Origin: Convolutriloba macropyga
Taxonomy: Eukaryota
Length of the DNA stretch: 64,000 bases
Direction of reading: 5' to 3'
Assembly (NCBI RefSeq): GCF_964194025.1
Contig: NC_134468.1
Coordinates: 78,678,001-78,742,000 of the forward strand
Numbering within the stretch: position 1 is the stretch's first letter; each line of letters opens with the position of its first letter. Below the pieces are notes generated by a model. It was not told the DNA's origin and ran no database searches. It worked only from the letters and a program-made list of their open reading frames with translations. This document shows, piece by piece, positions 25,901 through 38,564 of this stretch. Made by a program: the position numbers and the translations under genes.

Positions 25901-28900
25901 AAATTGAAGTTCAGTTCTGTCGTGTCATAAATTCCAGAAAGAGAAGATATTAATACTCTACAAACGTGAATTTTCGGACGCGGAAACGCGGAAAATGGTG
26001 ACAGACAAAAACAACGCTGAATCAGTCGAAAGTTTTCCAGATTCTGTTTTTCTGGATGGATAGTACTCTGTTCACGTCACAATTTACCCTGAATAGTTTT
26101 AATTAACATTTGAGTAAATTTTAGTGCGTGTAAAATTATATGTTCAGTCTAACTCCCGCCAATAGTGTTTGCTTCATATGCTTTTCAAACTTGCGTATGG
26201 GTGCTTGTAACATTTAATTTGCGTGACAATTTTTAACCACTGACATAAGTGGGCTTTGTGGTAGTTACTTTCAACCTGGCATGAGAATAGAGAGCGTGTA
26301 TACTGCTACTACACTAATTACCAGTTTTCAGCAATAAAAGTATGATTTTATGCTGCTCATGGTAAAAATCGGCGCATGAGTAATTTTCAGACTATATAGA
26401 ATAAGTTTAGTTTTGGCGAACGCTTTGAATTCAATATAATAATAACGAAGAAAAACTGCACATAATGGAACTTAAAGTATTCTGGAAGACGCGATGGTTC
26501 AGAGCTGAATTAAATTTTTACTTTTGAAATGTGCTGGTTCAGCACTGAAATGCACTGAGAATCAAAACCTGGAAATTACATTGCCTTTTTGCAGCAAATT
26601 AATTGATCTGTTTTTTCTTTATCTCATTCTATTGCTCCTTTAGTAAAGATCTTCCAGAAAAAAACTTCCTTCAACTTTGCTATTAAAACACCAGCATCCA
26701 TCAGAAATGTTGGTTCTTTTGTCCAATGCCATCATGTCATGGACGCATGGCATTCCAAATCATAGATTCTTATTCCAGAGAGTAAAATGAAGTACAACAC
26801 CAAAAACGTCGCTACATATTTCAAAAAAACATTAGTTAATAGATATGAAAAACTTTTTTATATTCATATCTTATTTTTGCAGTACTGTTACTCATTATTT
26901 TAATTTGACTTGTGCGTAGTTTCCAAAAATCTCTTGTTTTATCATTGTTTAACGCTTTTATTCGCAATAAAAATTTGACACTTGACTACATTATTCCGTA
27001 ACTGTATACTGCCACAAGATTTGCCACCTGTTTTTTTGCCTATTTGTTAATTAAAGGAAAAGAACACATTTTCTATTATAAATATATATAAAATAAGGTG
27101 GTGTTAGCTCAATTGTAAATAAAATGCTGCTCAAATTAAATGAGCATAACTCGAATTCAAACAACTGCATCTGGCTATCGGCTTGACAGAAAACGTAGAA
27201 AATTCGAAAGTTCTCAAACTCAATGGTTGAATTTTATCCTTTAATTTTTTTATTTTGATTGTCGTATTTATTAATAATAATAATTTTCTTATAAGTTTTT
27301 TGAACTCAACGTGTACCTTAGCAAAAAGATTAAATTTTGAGGTATTGCTGCCTCTTGTTTTTGGAGATGGAAATATGCTCAAAACGCATGACTTTTTTTC
27401 ACAAATGTAATTTGATGCCCAAAACAACTGAAATCGTTGACGTCAATCATGCCAGGCGTGGGCGTCATTGTTTGGGAAAATTAAAACAAATAAACTGAAC
27501 TTAAATTTGAAAGATTTTAAAATGGGATAAAATTAAAGTAGATTTCCAGAATCAATACTTTCGATCAATTCCCTGTTCACTACAGCTACTGAAAACCTTT
27601 ACAGTTTTGGTATCAATTTAGTTTTAAGTCATAGCAAATTGGAGTGCTTTTCAAGATGAAACTGTTTCTTTAGCAATCTCTCAATTTTAGTACTCTTTAT
27701 TATATGACTAGGAAATGTTTCTAAGAAGAAAAGGATGTCTTCGGCGTCCCAAAAATCGGAAAGGCTCAACCACAGTCATGCCATTTAGTTCGGTTTTCTA
27801 ACAAGTATGAACTATCAAAGCAAAACTGCGGAAATTTAGGCGCTTGTTTTCAAATTTACAATCCTACCTTTTGAGGAATCCGCCTCTTTTACGCTAGCAC
27901 ATGCGTCCATCAGTCTATGCTAAAATAGACAACAACATCCGCTCTTTGAGGTCTTTTTGCGCCAGCTCCGATCCAAAATGACTGTAAATTTCCAAGACAC
28001 GTGTCTCACTTTGATCACACAGGAAAATGTAAATTTAATGAACACAGAGTTTGAGGGACTAGTACTGAAGCATCTAAATTTAGTTAGTTTTGGTAATTTT
28101 CTTCTATATATTTTGATAAATTTTTCTCTGCTAACTTTTTTGATTCGATTTTGCTTCAGCCGAGGAGACTATAGAGATTCAATTATTAATATTTAAAAGA
28201 TCTAGTGTCTCAAATCAATAATATTCGTCTGCATTTAGTTTTAAACTGAGCTCTCTGTTTCTGTGGTTACTTCATCTGAAACAAAAATAGTATCAGCTTT
28301 TTTAATCGCAATTTAGACAATCAATTCGCACGTAAGTTTTTCGAAATCACGTTTGGCTGCTATCCCTTCTTAGAGCTGCCAATTTTGATTGAAAACACAC
28401 ACATACACACACAAATTATTTATTTTTATTTAGGGCGGCATTTCGGCATGCATTATGTTTGATATAGAAGGTTTGGGCATAAAGCCAGTTTTTCAAGATT
28501 AGATCGAAATTGTTATAAGTCATTATACAGAAACTTTTCAAAAATTACTGATCGGTGACCAATCGGCACTATTCAAGTTTAATGACATTAAGGTGCAAAT
28601 AGTACATTTTATGTAGTGTCATTATCAGTCATCGTTTAAGATAAGAATATAGCGCTTGTGCGGACAAAATTAACAAAAAGCAATAATATTTCATACTTTA
28701 TCGGAATAGGAAAATATCTGAGATGTGTCGACTATTATTGGGCAGACATAGACAACAGTGATATGCCCTTGTCACTGTTTTCCACGCACACCATAAGTGA
28801 TGTTCCCCAAATAAAGTTATCCACGATCAATTTTATTTTATTGTCACAATAGTTTAACATGTCCATTCGATCGAAATGAAAGGCCTAATTTATGACTATT

Positions 28901-30952
28901 TACAAAAAAACTCCTCGCCATACAAAACGCTTTTTGAGAAGAAATTTTTAACTTTGAAACTACTCGGCTAGTATATAATACGGCTCATGGGAACAATTAG
29001 CTCTCCGAATTAGGCTTCAAGTATTTACAATAAAATTTTGAGCAATAACATTTAAGGCAAATTTCAAAATTTTTTTCAAAAAATATCTCAAACTAGCAGA
29101 AAGAGTAGCGTGAACACGAGTTACAATATTAACGATTATTTTAAAGCTCCTGTTTACGGTTCACGTAATTGTTTTTCATAGTCTCTCATTTTCTAGTTCT
29201 CTCATTTTCCCCAAGAACTCAATTGAGTTCCAATTCTCAACTGAGTTTTTGTGAACTAGCGATAATACTGCTTTTAGTGATTATTTGTCAAGAAAATTGT
29301 CAAAGTTTAAGGGAGAGTTTCGAAAAGGGTTTTTGTTTTTATTGAATAACGATCGGAATTTTCCCTTAGCATTTCTCACGCTAGCTTTTTTCTACACTAT
29401 TTTTAGATGAAAAAATAAGAATTCAGTTTTTTATTTGTTCGCGTTTTTCACATAGGTTTTTTGCTGCTTACATTGCCAAAGTTCTTAAGGCTAGGAAAAC
29501 AAAACAATTCACAAGAGTAATGTAAAAAGCCATGAAAAGAGATATTCTTTGATTTCTACCTACAATCTAAAACAATTTTGCAAAAACTCACATTGCAATA
29601 TTAAAATATAGCATGTTTTGCTGGCTTTGAAGTAATTAGTTGTCGCTTAATACTGTTTATCAATTTTCATTAATGTTATTACAGGCTAATAATTTTGATT
29701 TAGCGTCTCCTCTTTTTTGGCTCACAAACTCAATTTTTTCAATTTCATTTTAATTTCATTCAGAACTGATCGTCCTCTGGAGTGATTGAAAACATCTTAG
29801 AAAATTAGGTTTTCTATTAACAATACTTTTGATAAGCATTGCATAGGAACATACAGTGCATCGGTTTGATGAGACCAACGTAAAACTTCTCTTCTAATTG
29901 AGAAAAATTTATATATGGATTAGTCAAGAAATAGTTCTGTGAGAAGTAACTAGCTCAAAAGTATTGTGGCCTTGGTTAATCGTGGAACTGTTGCATCCGA
30001 TTTTGTTTGCATCCAAATTTTTGCGACTATCTACAAAATGAAGGCTTTAATTTTTTATTACGGCGGTATTTTCATGTTTTTAAGGCTTTGAAGTTATTAC
30101 TTGTTGATCACTAATTTTTCGGATTTTGTATGTGATTATACGCTGAAAGTTTGAATTAAGGAGCTCTTCTTTGTGGCTGACATTAAGGTTAAGATGGAGA
30201 TTTGCAATTAGATGTAAGAAGAAAAAAAATATAATTGAACAATAATTGAGTTCATAACCTTGTACACCATACAAATCCAATGACTCTGCAAGAGGTGCCC
30301 AGAAAATCTGCATAAACGTGCAGTGCCTAATAATATAGATCAAACGTCTCTAATATCCAAATTAGAATTAGCAATGTATGTAAAATAATTAAATTTTTAT
30401 TTAGATGGCTTTCTTGGGGGTGCGGGAAATGGAAACCTCGTGTTTACGTCATCTTCGTCTTTCATTTTGAATTCAATGCACTATGATACGCAAATTTTGC
30501 ACTTTTTGTTCCCAATTGATTAATCGCCCGGTGTGCTTACTTTTTCATTACAGGAGATGAACACAACTGCAGCAGTTAAATTTTTCGGTTACGTTTTTTT
30601 CCTATTATATGGTTGCCAAATATTTCACCTTGCTTTTGAGTCAACAAAAACAGTAGTAGACAAGATCACTTGTTGCTCTATGATTAGAGTTTAGTGCAAC
30701 CCTTGTCCAAATTTTCGCTGCGACTTATGATCAGAATACGTTTACAACATGTCCTGTGGTCAAAGTTTTGAAAGATCTATGATCTTACAACATATCGGAC
30801 TTCGTCCGATGATCAAACCGTGCAGACCCGAGCTGCCCACTTCTGACCTTTGTGCAGATTATCTCAGATTATTTTCCGACCATGACACTTTCTGCGGACT
30901 TTCTAACTTGGGTTTCTCTGTTGTAACTTGGGTTGCCCTCGAGCGACCCAAA

Positions 30953-31907
30953 CCCGGGTCGAGAAAAAATAGGAAAATATGTAAGATAAGCGTTGAAAGG
31001 TTAGTTTTTTCACCGCGAATTTCGTACATAACTTTGCGGTGAAATGCGGTGAATGCGGTGAAATTATGTAAGTTCACCGCTAGAGTAAGCGGTGATCTTA
31101 CAAAAATTCACCACAATTCACCGCTAAATTATCTAAATTTACCGCCCGTACAAGGGTTCGAACCTCTCACCTCCTGCAGGTCATCCACTGCGCCATCTCT
31201 CCTCAAAACTTGCTAGTATTTTGTTTTGAATATAAATCAAATTCACTCTACTTTCTGTAAAACACGCGCGGTAAATTTTTGTAAGATTTGCGATTTTTAG
31301 CGGTGCAATTACATATTTTAGCGGTGAAATGTTGTAATTTTTTGTAATTTCAACGCTTACTCTAACGGTAAAATTACATAAATTCACCGCTTAGAAAAAA
31401 GTGTCAGAAAAATGTAAGGTTAAGGGGTAGTTTTAGTTGGAGGGTAATTCTAACAATTCCTCCCTTACTCCCCATTAATTTCATCGCATTCTTTACTGAT
31501 CTCACACAATTTTAGCAATTTTTTCCAAGCGGTGAATTTATGTAAGTTCACCACTAAGTTGAGCGGAGAATTTATGTAATTTCACCGCATTCACCGCTTA
31601 TCTTACATAATTTGGACACTTTTTTCGAAGCGGTGAATTTATATAATTTCACCGCTAAATTCAGCGGTAAAATTATGTAATTTCACCGCTACCAGGTGAT
31701 AAAGGTTTTTTTCACCGCATTCACCGCTTATCTTACATAATCTGGACACTTTTTTCGAAGCGGTGAATTTATATAATTTCAGTGCTAAATTCAGCGGTGA
31801 AATTATTTAGTTTCACCGCTACCAGGCGATAAAGGTTTTTTCTTCACCGCATTCACCGTTTAACTTACATAATTTCGCGTTGAATGGCGGTGACACCTCG
31901 ACCCGGG
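30953..31907. mobile_element. CACTA/CMC-like MITE, GCGGTGAA subfamily, intact (955 bp)
   Basis: Perfect 11-bp TIR CCCGGGTCGAG/CTCGACCCGGG; AA (or AAA) on both flanks; dense GCGGTGAA repeats; internal ~125-bp tandem duplication 31585-31875. Confidence 0.85.
31143..31195 (-). promoter_or_regulatory. Pol III type-2 A/B-box tRNA-like cassette inside the MITE
   Basis: Minus strand TGGCGCAGTGG (31195-31185), 20 nt, GGTTCGAACCC (31164-31154). Confidence 0.6.
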
Positions 31908-32157
31908 AAATGGTCAGACCAGAGGTCACTTGGGTCTGGCACCTCAACCTGTGTAAGTAGGTGATCATTCAACGAAACCTCAACCTTGGTTTTCATCTTC
32001 TATTTCAGGAAATCTTTTTGCAGCCAGTTTTATTTGCTGATTTCTGTCTTTATTTTAACTCCATTTTGTCATAAAGTTCCTGATTTACCAATAACTACAT
32101 TTTATAGTGTCCGTGGTTGTCGCTATTTTACTTCATCTTCTAAAAGTCTGAGAAATA

Positions 32158-32517
32158 ATGAACAAATTTATTCTTATCGCTACTATCGTTCTCATGGGAT
32201 CCCTTTTGGGTGTTCTGATGTTGTTCGAGGTCCTCACAGTTATCTCCAACGTCCAAACAGTTCAGAGCGCTATCGACTTCCACGATTCAAAGGGAATCCA
32301 AGTTCCCGCTCTGGTATTATTTCACCTGGTCGTGGACGGGTACTCGGTTCCATTTGCCCACCTGTGTCAATGTCACGTGGGCCAATACAGGAACCCAAAT
32401 GTTCACATGCCTTGTCAATGGCTCAATTTCAGGCACCTTTTCAACAATATTATGTACAAGACAATAAATCAAAATAGAACTATCACAAAAAATCAGTTTT
32501 CTGAAATCCGTGGTTAA
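32158..32517 (+). CDS. Possible membrane-protein ORF/exon (N-terminal TM; weak DEG/ENaC-like start)
   Basis: MNKFILIATIVLMGSLLGVLMLFEVLTVI TM, then VQSAIDFHDSKGIQVPALVL; canonical 56-bp GTAAGT..TTTCAG intron upstream (31953-32008). Confidence 0.4.
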   Translation: MNKFILIATIVLMGSLLGVLMLFEVLTVISNVQTVQSAIDFHDSKGIQVPALVLFHLVVDGYSVPFAHLCQCHVGQYRNPNVHMPCQWLNFRHLFNNIMYKTINQNRTITKNQFSEIRG

Positions 32518-34357
32518 AACGAGCATAGTTAACCATTTCCAGACTCTGTCCCCTGATCAGACTACGCCAGTCCAAAATGAGCTCTGATCAGACCTTTGTG
32601 CGGTCCAGGAAATATTCCAATCTTTGAGGCAAAATGTTTGCGTACTTTGATCTTTGATTAGACCTTTGTGCAACAATTCTGCAAATTATCGGACCGAAAT
32701 TATCGTGTAAACTGGCAGTCAGATAACTACAAAAGAGAAGTATTCTTCAATTTTTAAATGATAAAACTTCATCTAGTTATTCACAAATTTCTCTTTTATT
32801 CACAACTTTGGTAATATTTCTAGGCACACATTCTTACAGTTTGTCCTCCATAAGAAGAGCGGGCCATTTGGTCAAATATTTTCCACTCGCATATTATAAT
32901 ATGTAAAAAAGATTCGTAAATTTATGGTGCTCGATTGTGACTTGATCAGAGCTCTGATACAGTACTGATCCAAGACCTGCAATTCCACTGAATCAGTACT
33001 GATTTAGATTGACCTTAGGTCCGGGACGAGACAACAATTTTTTATTTGCATTTTATTATTATTCGTTTTCTTTTTGTCCCATTTTTGCCAGTTGTCATGC
33101 ATTTAGTGACTTTTTGTGCGTTGTTCACCTGTGAAAAGATTCATAAAAAAGTTCAGGCAGCTGAAAAATTTGCGTAAATTTGGTATAATAAAAAATTTAA
33201 GTGAAGTTGAAAAAATGCAATGATTCTAGCCAACCCGGCTTTCTCTATCCAGGGGTGAGACCCAACAGAGGTCCACATATTCTGCATAGTGGGGTATTCC
33301 AGGTNNNNNNNNNNNNNNNNNNNNNNNNNNNNNNNNNNNNNNNNNNNNNNNNNNNNNNNNNNNNNNNNNNNNNNNNNNNNNNNNNNNNNNNNNNNNNNNN
33401 NNNNNNNNNNNNNNNNNNNNNNNNNNNNNNNNNNNNNNNNNNNNNNNNNNNNNNNNNNNNNNNNNNNNNNNNNNNNNNNNNNNNNNNNNNNNNNNNNNNN
33501 NNNNCGGAACATTGGCCCGTTGATTAGTAATTTTTACAGTTTCAAACCAATGGCTATCTTATCATCCATAAAAATAAGACGGCTACCTCAGATGTTTTCA
33601 ATTTCTGTCAGAAAACAATAAAAAACGAATATGGTTTGCAGCCTTGACATTCCAATATGACACTACATCGAAAATATTCTTTTATTGAAGTAGTTGAACA
33701 GTAGTAGAATAATAACATCTGTTGAATAGCAAAATGAAACGAAACTCGCCTTTGAAGAATCGAGGAGTAATTTTAAAATCGCAAGCAAGAATGAAAACAA
33801 TCAAAACTGAAAAAAGTACAATCATACAAAAATAAGAACTAATTTATTTGATTCACTTCTTTTAAAAAAATTACTTTTAAGAAAATCTAATTGCTCTTCT
33901 TTTCGAAAGCATAGTTTTCTTGATGAAAGAAATGAACACGATAGCAACGAAAGGAAATGCTAAACAAATTTGATGATATGGGATTAGGAAAAAGAGAAGG
34001 TGAAAAATACGCATTAGAAAAAGGAAAATATCATCTTATGGGAAAAGGAAATTTGTTCAATGCAAATAGCACGGACCACAAATAACAATTATTCAAAGAG
34101 TGAATAGTTAATGAAACTCAGTTGCAGCCGCAAAATAGCTTCATGTATAAATAGTTCAGTTCAGGCATTGCCTGGTTGTGTTCAAGCCTTTGAGCTTATT
34201 TTGACGGGAAATGATATTTGTCCTGAGTAGCGTTGCTAATATATTTTTATAAAATTGGTTTGTATCAAGAGGTAAAATTAATTGGCAATTAGACTTAAAA
34301 TCCAGCTCAAACTGATGAAAAATGAAATTAGTTAAATGATTTGGAATCTTTGCGATA

Positions 34358-35858
34358 AAATGATGGACCATGATACTCAAACAGATATGTCGAAAGAAAC
34401 CGTTTCACCTACAAAGTCTCTCGAGGTCGCAATACAAATGGAAATGGAGGCACAAAACCAGCAGAAAATAAATCAATATTTGAATATAGCCTCCACTTCG
34501 GTTAATGGTGTCAACAATTTCCAAACCCGCAATCGCAACGCCAATTACGAACCAACTCGTAAAGACTTCACTCGGTACCCAACTGTCCTGCAAAACTACC
34601 AGTATACAAGCATTTGTGCCAACGATGGACTCACAACCAGCGTCAAATTTGCCCTGCGAATGGAAAAAGTGCAATAATTGTGGTATAACCGGACATTTTG
34701 CGAAGAAATGCAGAAAACCGAAAAAACCACAAAGACAGTCATCTAAAACTCCGCAAAGGAATGCTAACCAAATCGACAACTCTTCTGAAACAAGTGATGA
34801 CGAAGAATCAGTCAATTATAGCACGAGCTGTCAACAACTCTATGGTCAAGTCTATGATTCCAACAATAATAGCGATTCCGATGATTATGTGGCTGCCATC
34901 TCATGTGATTCGGCAAACTAATTTGAACCTTTAAATGCTAAGATACAGTTTCGAAAACACAAGCAAACGCAATGATTGATTCTGGAAGTGTAGTCAGTCT
35001 CATCACCAAAACGCTGGAAAACAGAATACTACGAACTACACCATCTGCAAAATGTGTCACTACAAAACAAAACAAGGACTTGAAAACTTTTTCAAACGAG
35101 CCAATTAAATTGCTTATATAACTCGCAACAATAGTGAAATACAATGACTGACATGCAATGACGCTCATATAACAGTTGTGAACGACGGACATAAGATCAT
35201 CATCGGAAAAGACTTTTTCAACAGTCTTGGCCTCGCAGTTGTTCAACAACAAGAAGGAAACGGTAAATGTGTGAATAATATTAACAATTCTACATGTAAA
35301 ATTAAAGACACAATCGCGTAACAATTTCCCCATTTCGTTTCAAGAATTGGCCTTTCAAAGACACATGTAGCGAAATCCAAATTCATCAAAACTTACAGCA
35401 AAGCAACAAAAGGTCAACGCGTTCAAAAAGAATTACAACCTCAGGTCACGGCGGAATTAGATCGTTTAAACACTGAAGGTCAAATCGAAAACTTGTCTAA
35501 TTGTTCGGACGAACATTTCATATCTCCAATCGTCGTTACAGTATAGAAAAATCAATCTATAAAAATAGACTCTAAAGTGTTAAATAAAGCAATACACAAA
35601 AAATATCAAATTCCCAACATAGACAAGTTAATAGATTCAATCTCACAACACCTCACTAACTCTCAAAACGGTCAACAAGTATATTTTTCAACAATAGATC
35701 TCTAATATGCTTATAGTCATTTACAATTACACAAAGGTACTGCAAAATATTGTAACTTCAAAATCATTTGTGGAAAATCCACTGGAAATTATAGATTCAA
35801 AACGGGATTCTACGGCCTCACTGACATGCCGGCTGAATTCCAAAAAGCCATGGATTAT
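34358..35858 (+). pseudogene. Second Ty3/gypsy-family relic, gag 3' half-PR-RT 5' (plus-strand copy)
   Basis: CNNCGITGHFAKKC knuckle, AMIDSGS protease, FISPIVVT, YRFKTGFYGLTDMPAEFQKAMDY. Confidence 0.85.
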
Positions 35859-36049
35859 GTTTTTCAGCAATAGATCTCAATTACGCTTATAGTCATTTAC
35901 AATTACACAAAGATACTGCAAAACCTTGTAATTTAGACATACAAGTTTATAATCATACACTTGTATGTCTACATTACAAGGTTTTGCAGTATCTTTGTGT
36001 AATTGTAAATGACTATAAGCGTAATTGAGATCTATTGCTGAAAAACATA
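35856..36049. repeat. Near-perfect palindrome, 95-bp arms, 4-nt loop
   Basis: 35856-35950 is the reverse complement of 35955-36049 with 2 mismatches. Confidence 0.9.
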
Positions 36050-38310
36050 CTTGTTGACCGTTTTGAGTGTTGGCGAGGTGTTGTGAGATTGAATCTATTA
36101 GCATGTCTATATTGGGCATTTGATATTTGCTTTTGTGTATTGCTTAATTTAACACTTTACTTTCTAATGCCAAATTTATAGATTGATACTTCTTTACTGT
36201 AATGACGATTGGAGATATGAAATGTTCTTCCGAATAACGAGACAACTTTTCGATGTGACCTTCAGTCTTTAAACGATCTAATTCCGCCGTGACCTAGGTT
36301 GTAAATTTATTGGAACACGTCGACCTTTTGGTGCTTTGCTGTAAACTTTTGATGGAACTTGGATTTCGCTACATGTGTCTTTGAAAGGCCAATCCTTTGA
36401 ACCAAAATGGGGAAATTGATCCGCGATTGTGTCTTTAATTTTACATGTAGAATTATTAATATTATTTACACATTTACCGTTTCCTTCTTGTTGTTGAACA
36501 ACTGCGAGGCCAAGACTGTTGAAAATATCTCTTCCGATGATGATCTTATGTCCGTCGTCCACAACTGTTAGATGAGCGTCATTGCTTGTCCAGTCATTGT
36601 ATGTCACCATTGTTGCGAGTTGTTCAAGCACTTTAATTGGCTCATTTGAAAAATTTTTCAAGTGCTTGTTTTGTTTTGTAGTGACCCAATTTGCAGATAG
36701 TGTAGTTCGTAGTATTCAGTTTGCCAGCGTTTTGGTGATGAGACTGACTACAATTCCAGAATCAATCATTGCATTTGCTCGTACATTTCCAAACTGTTTT
36801 CAGCATTTAAAGTTTCCAGTTGGTTTGCCGAATCAAGAGATGGCAGCCACATCATCATCTGGCTCGCTATGAAAATTGGAGTCATAGGCTTGATCATAGA
36901 GTTGTTGATAGCTCGTGATATAATTGACTGATTCTTCGTCATCACTTGTTTCAGAAAAGTTGTCGATTTGGTTAGCAATTGTTTGCGGAGTTTTAGATGA
37001 TTGTCCTTGTGGTGTTTTCGGTTTTCTGCATTTCTTCTCAAATGTCCGGTTATACAACAATTATTGCACATTTTCCATTCGCAGGGCAAATTTGACGCTG
37101 GTTGTGAGTCCATTGTTGGCACAAATGCTTGTATACTGGTAGTTTTGCGGGACAGTTGGGTACCGAGTGAAGTCTTTACGAGTTGGTTCGTAATTCGCGT
37201 TGCGATTGCGGGTTTGGAAATTATTGACACCATTAACCGAATTGGAGGCTATATTCAAATTTTGATTTTTTTTCTGCTGGTTTTGTGCCTCCATTTCCAT
37301 TTGTATTGCGACCTCGAGAGACTTTGTAGGTGAAACGGTTTCTTTAGACATATCTGTTTGAGTATCATGGTCCATCATGTTAAGTATAATTTTGTCTCTG
37401 ATGAGAGTAGTTTCCTAGTCCCCGAGACTGCAGTTTTCCCCCTGTTCGATTAAGCGACCGTAAAAACTTTCAACGGATTCGCCTTTTTGTTGCTTAGATG
37501 ACCAGAATATCAAGCGATTATACGTGATATTCCTAAATTTAGTGAAGGAATCATTCATCGCCTGTCAAAGTTCCTTGGATGGTTCTTTCTCGATTTGGAA
37601 GTGGGGATGTTTACTTTCAAAGATACGACGTCCTTCTGTTCCGATGCTTAAGTAAAGTAGCGATGCAGATTTCTGCTCGCAATTACCCCAAGGGTTAGCT
37701 CCGCACAAAATGCCAATTTCATCAATCTTTTCACATCAATTTTGCCTATTTACCTTTAACTGCTGATTGCGAACTCTTCGGTCCCTTTCTGTTGCTTGTG
37801 TATGGTTCTCCACAGAGTCCTCGTATGTCGGTCTGGGCGGGTATGTTACTGTAGAAGGTTGTCCACTCAACAGGAGTTCAAGTTGAATCCTTTCTTTCGC
37901 CAATAATGCCAACTTCCATTGTTGCGTCCATTTGTCCCACGAAAACGTTGGAGTGACGGTTGTTTTCTCCCAGATTGCGTCAAAGTGAGGGGGAGTCTTT
38001 CTAGACTCACTAACTGACTGCACCATGTTGTACTTGATTACTTTTGCACAAGTCAATCGAGTAGCCAATGCTTTCCAAACAAATTAGCAAAAGCAATTGC
38101 GGTGCGTTTGCTTATTAACTTTCGGTTCTTTGACTTCTCAATTCGCGAAACTAGTATTTGAGGTGCGAATTGTTCAATACCAAATGGAGCAGACTTAATT
38201 GAAAAGCGATTGACTAAGGTTAAATTAGAAATGAACAATAGCAGTGCAAATCGGAGAATGAAATTAAGATTAAGGTAAAACCGAGATTAAAAGGAAGTAA
38301 AATTATTTCA
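35972..38310 (-). pseudogene. Second Ty3/gypsy-family relic, leader-gag-PR-RT 5' (minus-strand copy)
   Basis: gag from ~38025 (MVQSVSESRKTPPHF..WDKWTQQWKLALLAKE), AMIDSGI protease, MPNIDMLID..FSAIDLNYAYSHLQL; no LTR or PBS recognised. Confidence 0.85.
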
Positions 38311-38564
38311 CAGGTTAATCACATATAAGGAAGTGCTCAAGAAATGTTTACATGCGTGATCAGACAGTTTCCTATCTAGGATATGAACAGACATTAGAAT
38401 ATGTATGAAGAACTGAAAAAAAAATAACTAAATGGAAGCACCTGTCCTTCAAATGATGAACATGAACTAGAATACGGTAATGGATATTCTGAAAGCAATA
38501 TCCATCCCGTATGACAAAACTCATAGAAATTTTGCTTCTGTTCCCTTGTTCCTCTCAGCCGCCG

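Noticed and set aside
31143-31197. Functional tRNA gene
   Set aside because: A-B spacing is too short and there is no complete cloverleaf; kept only as a promoter-like cassette
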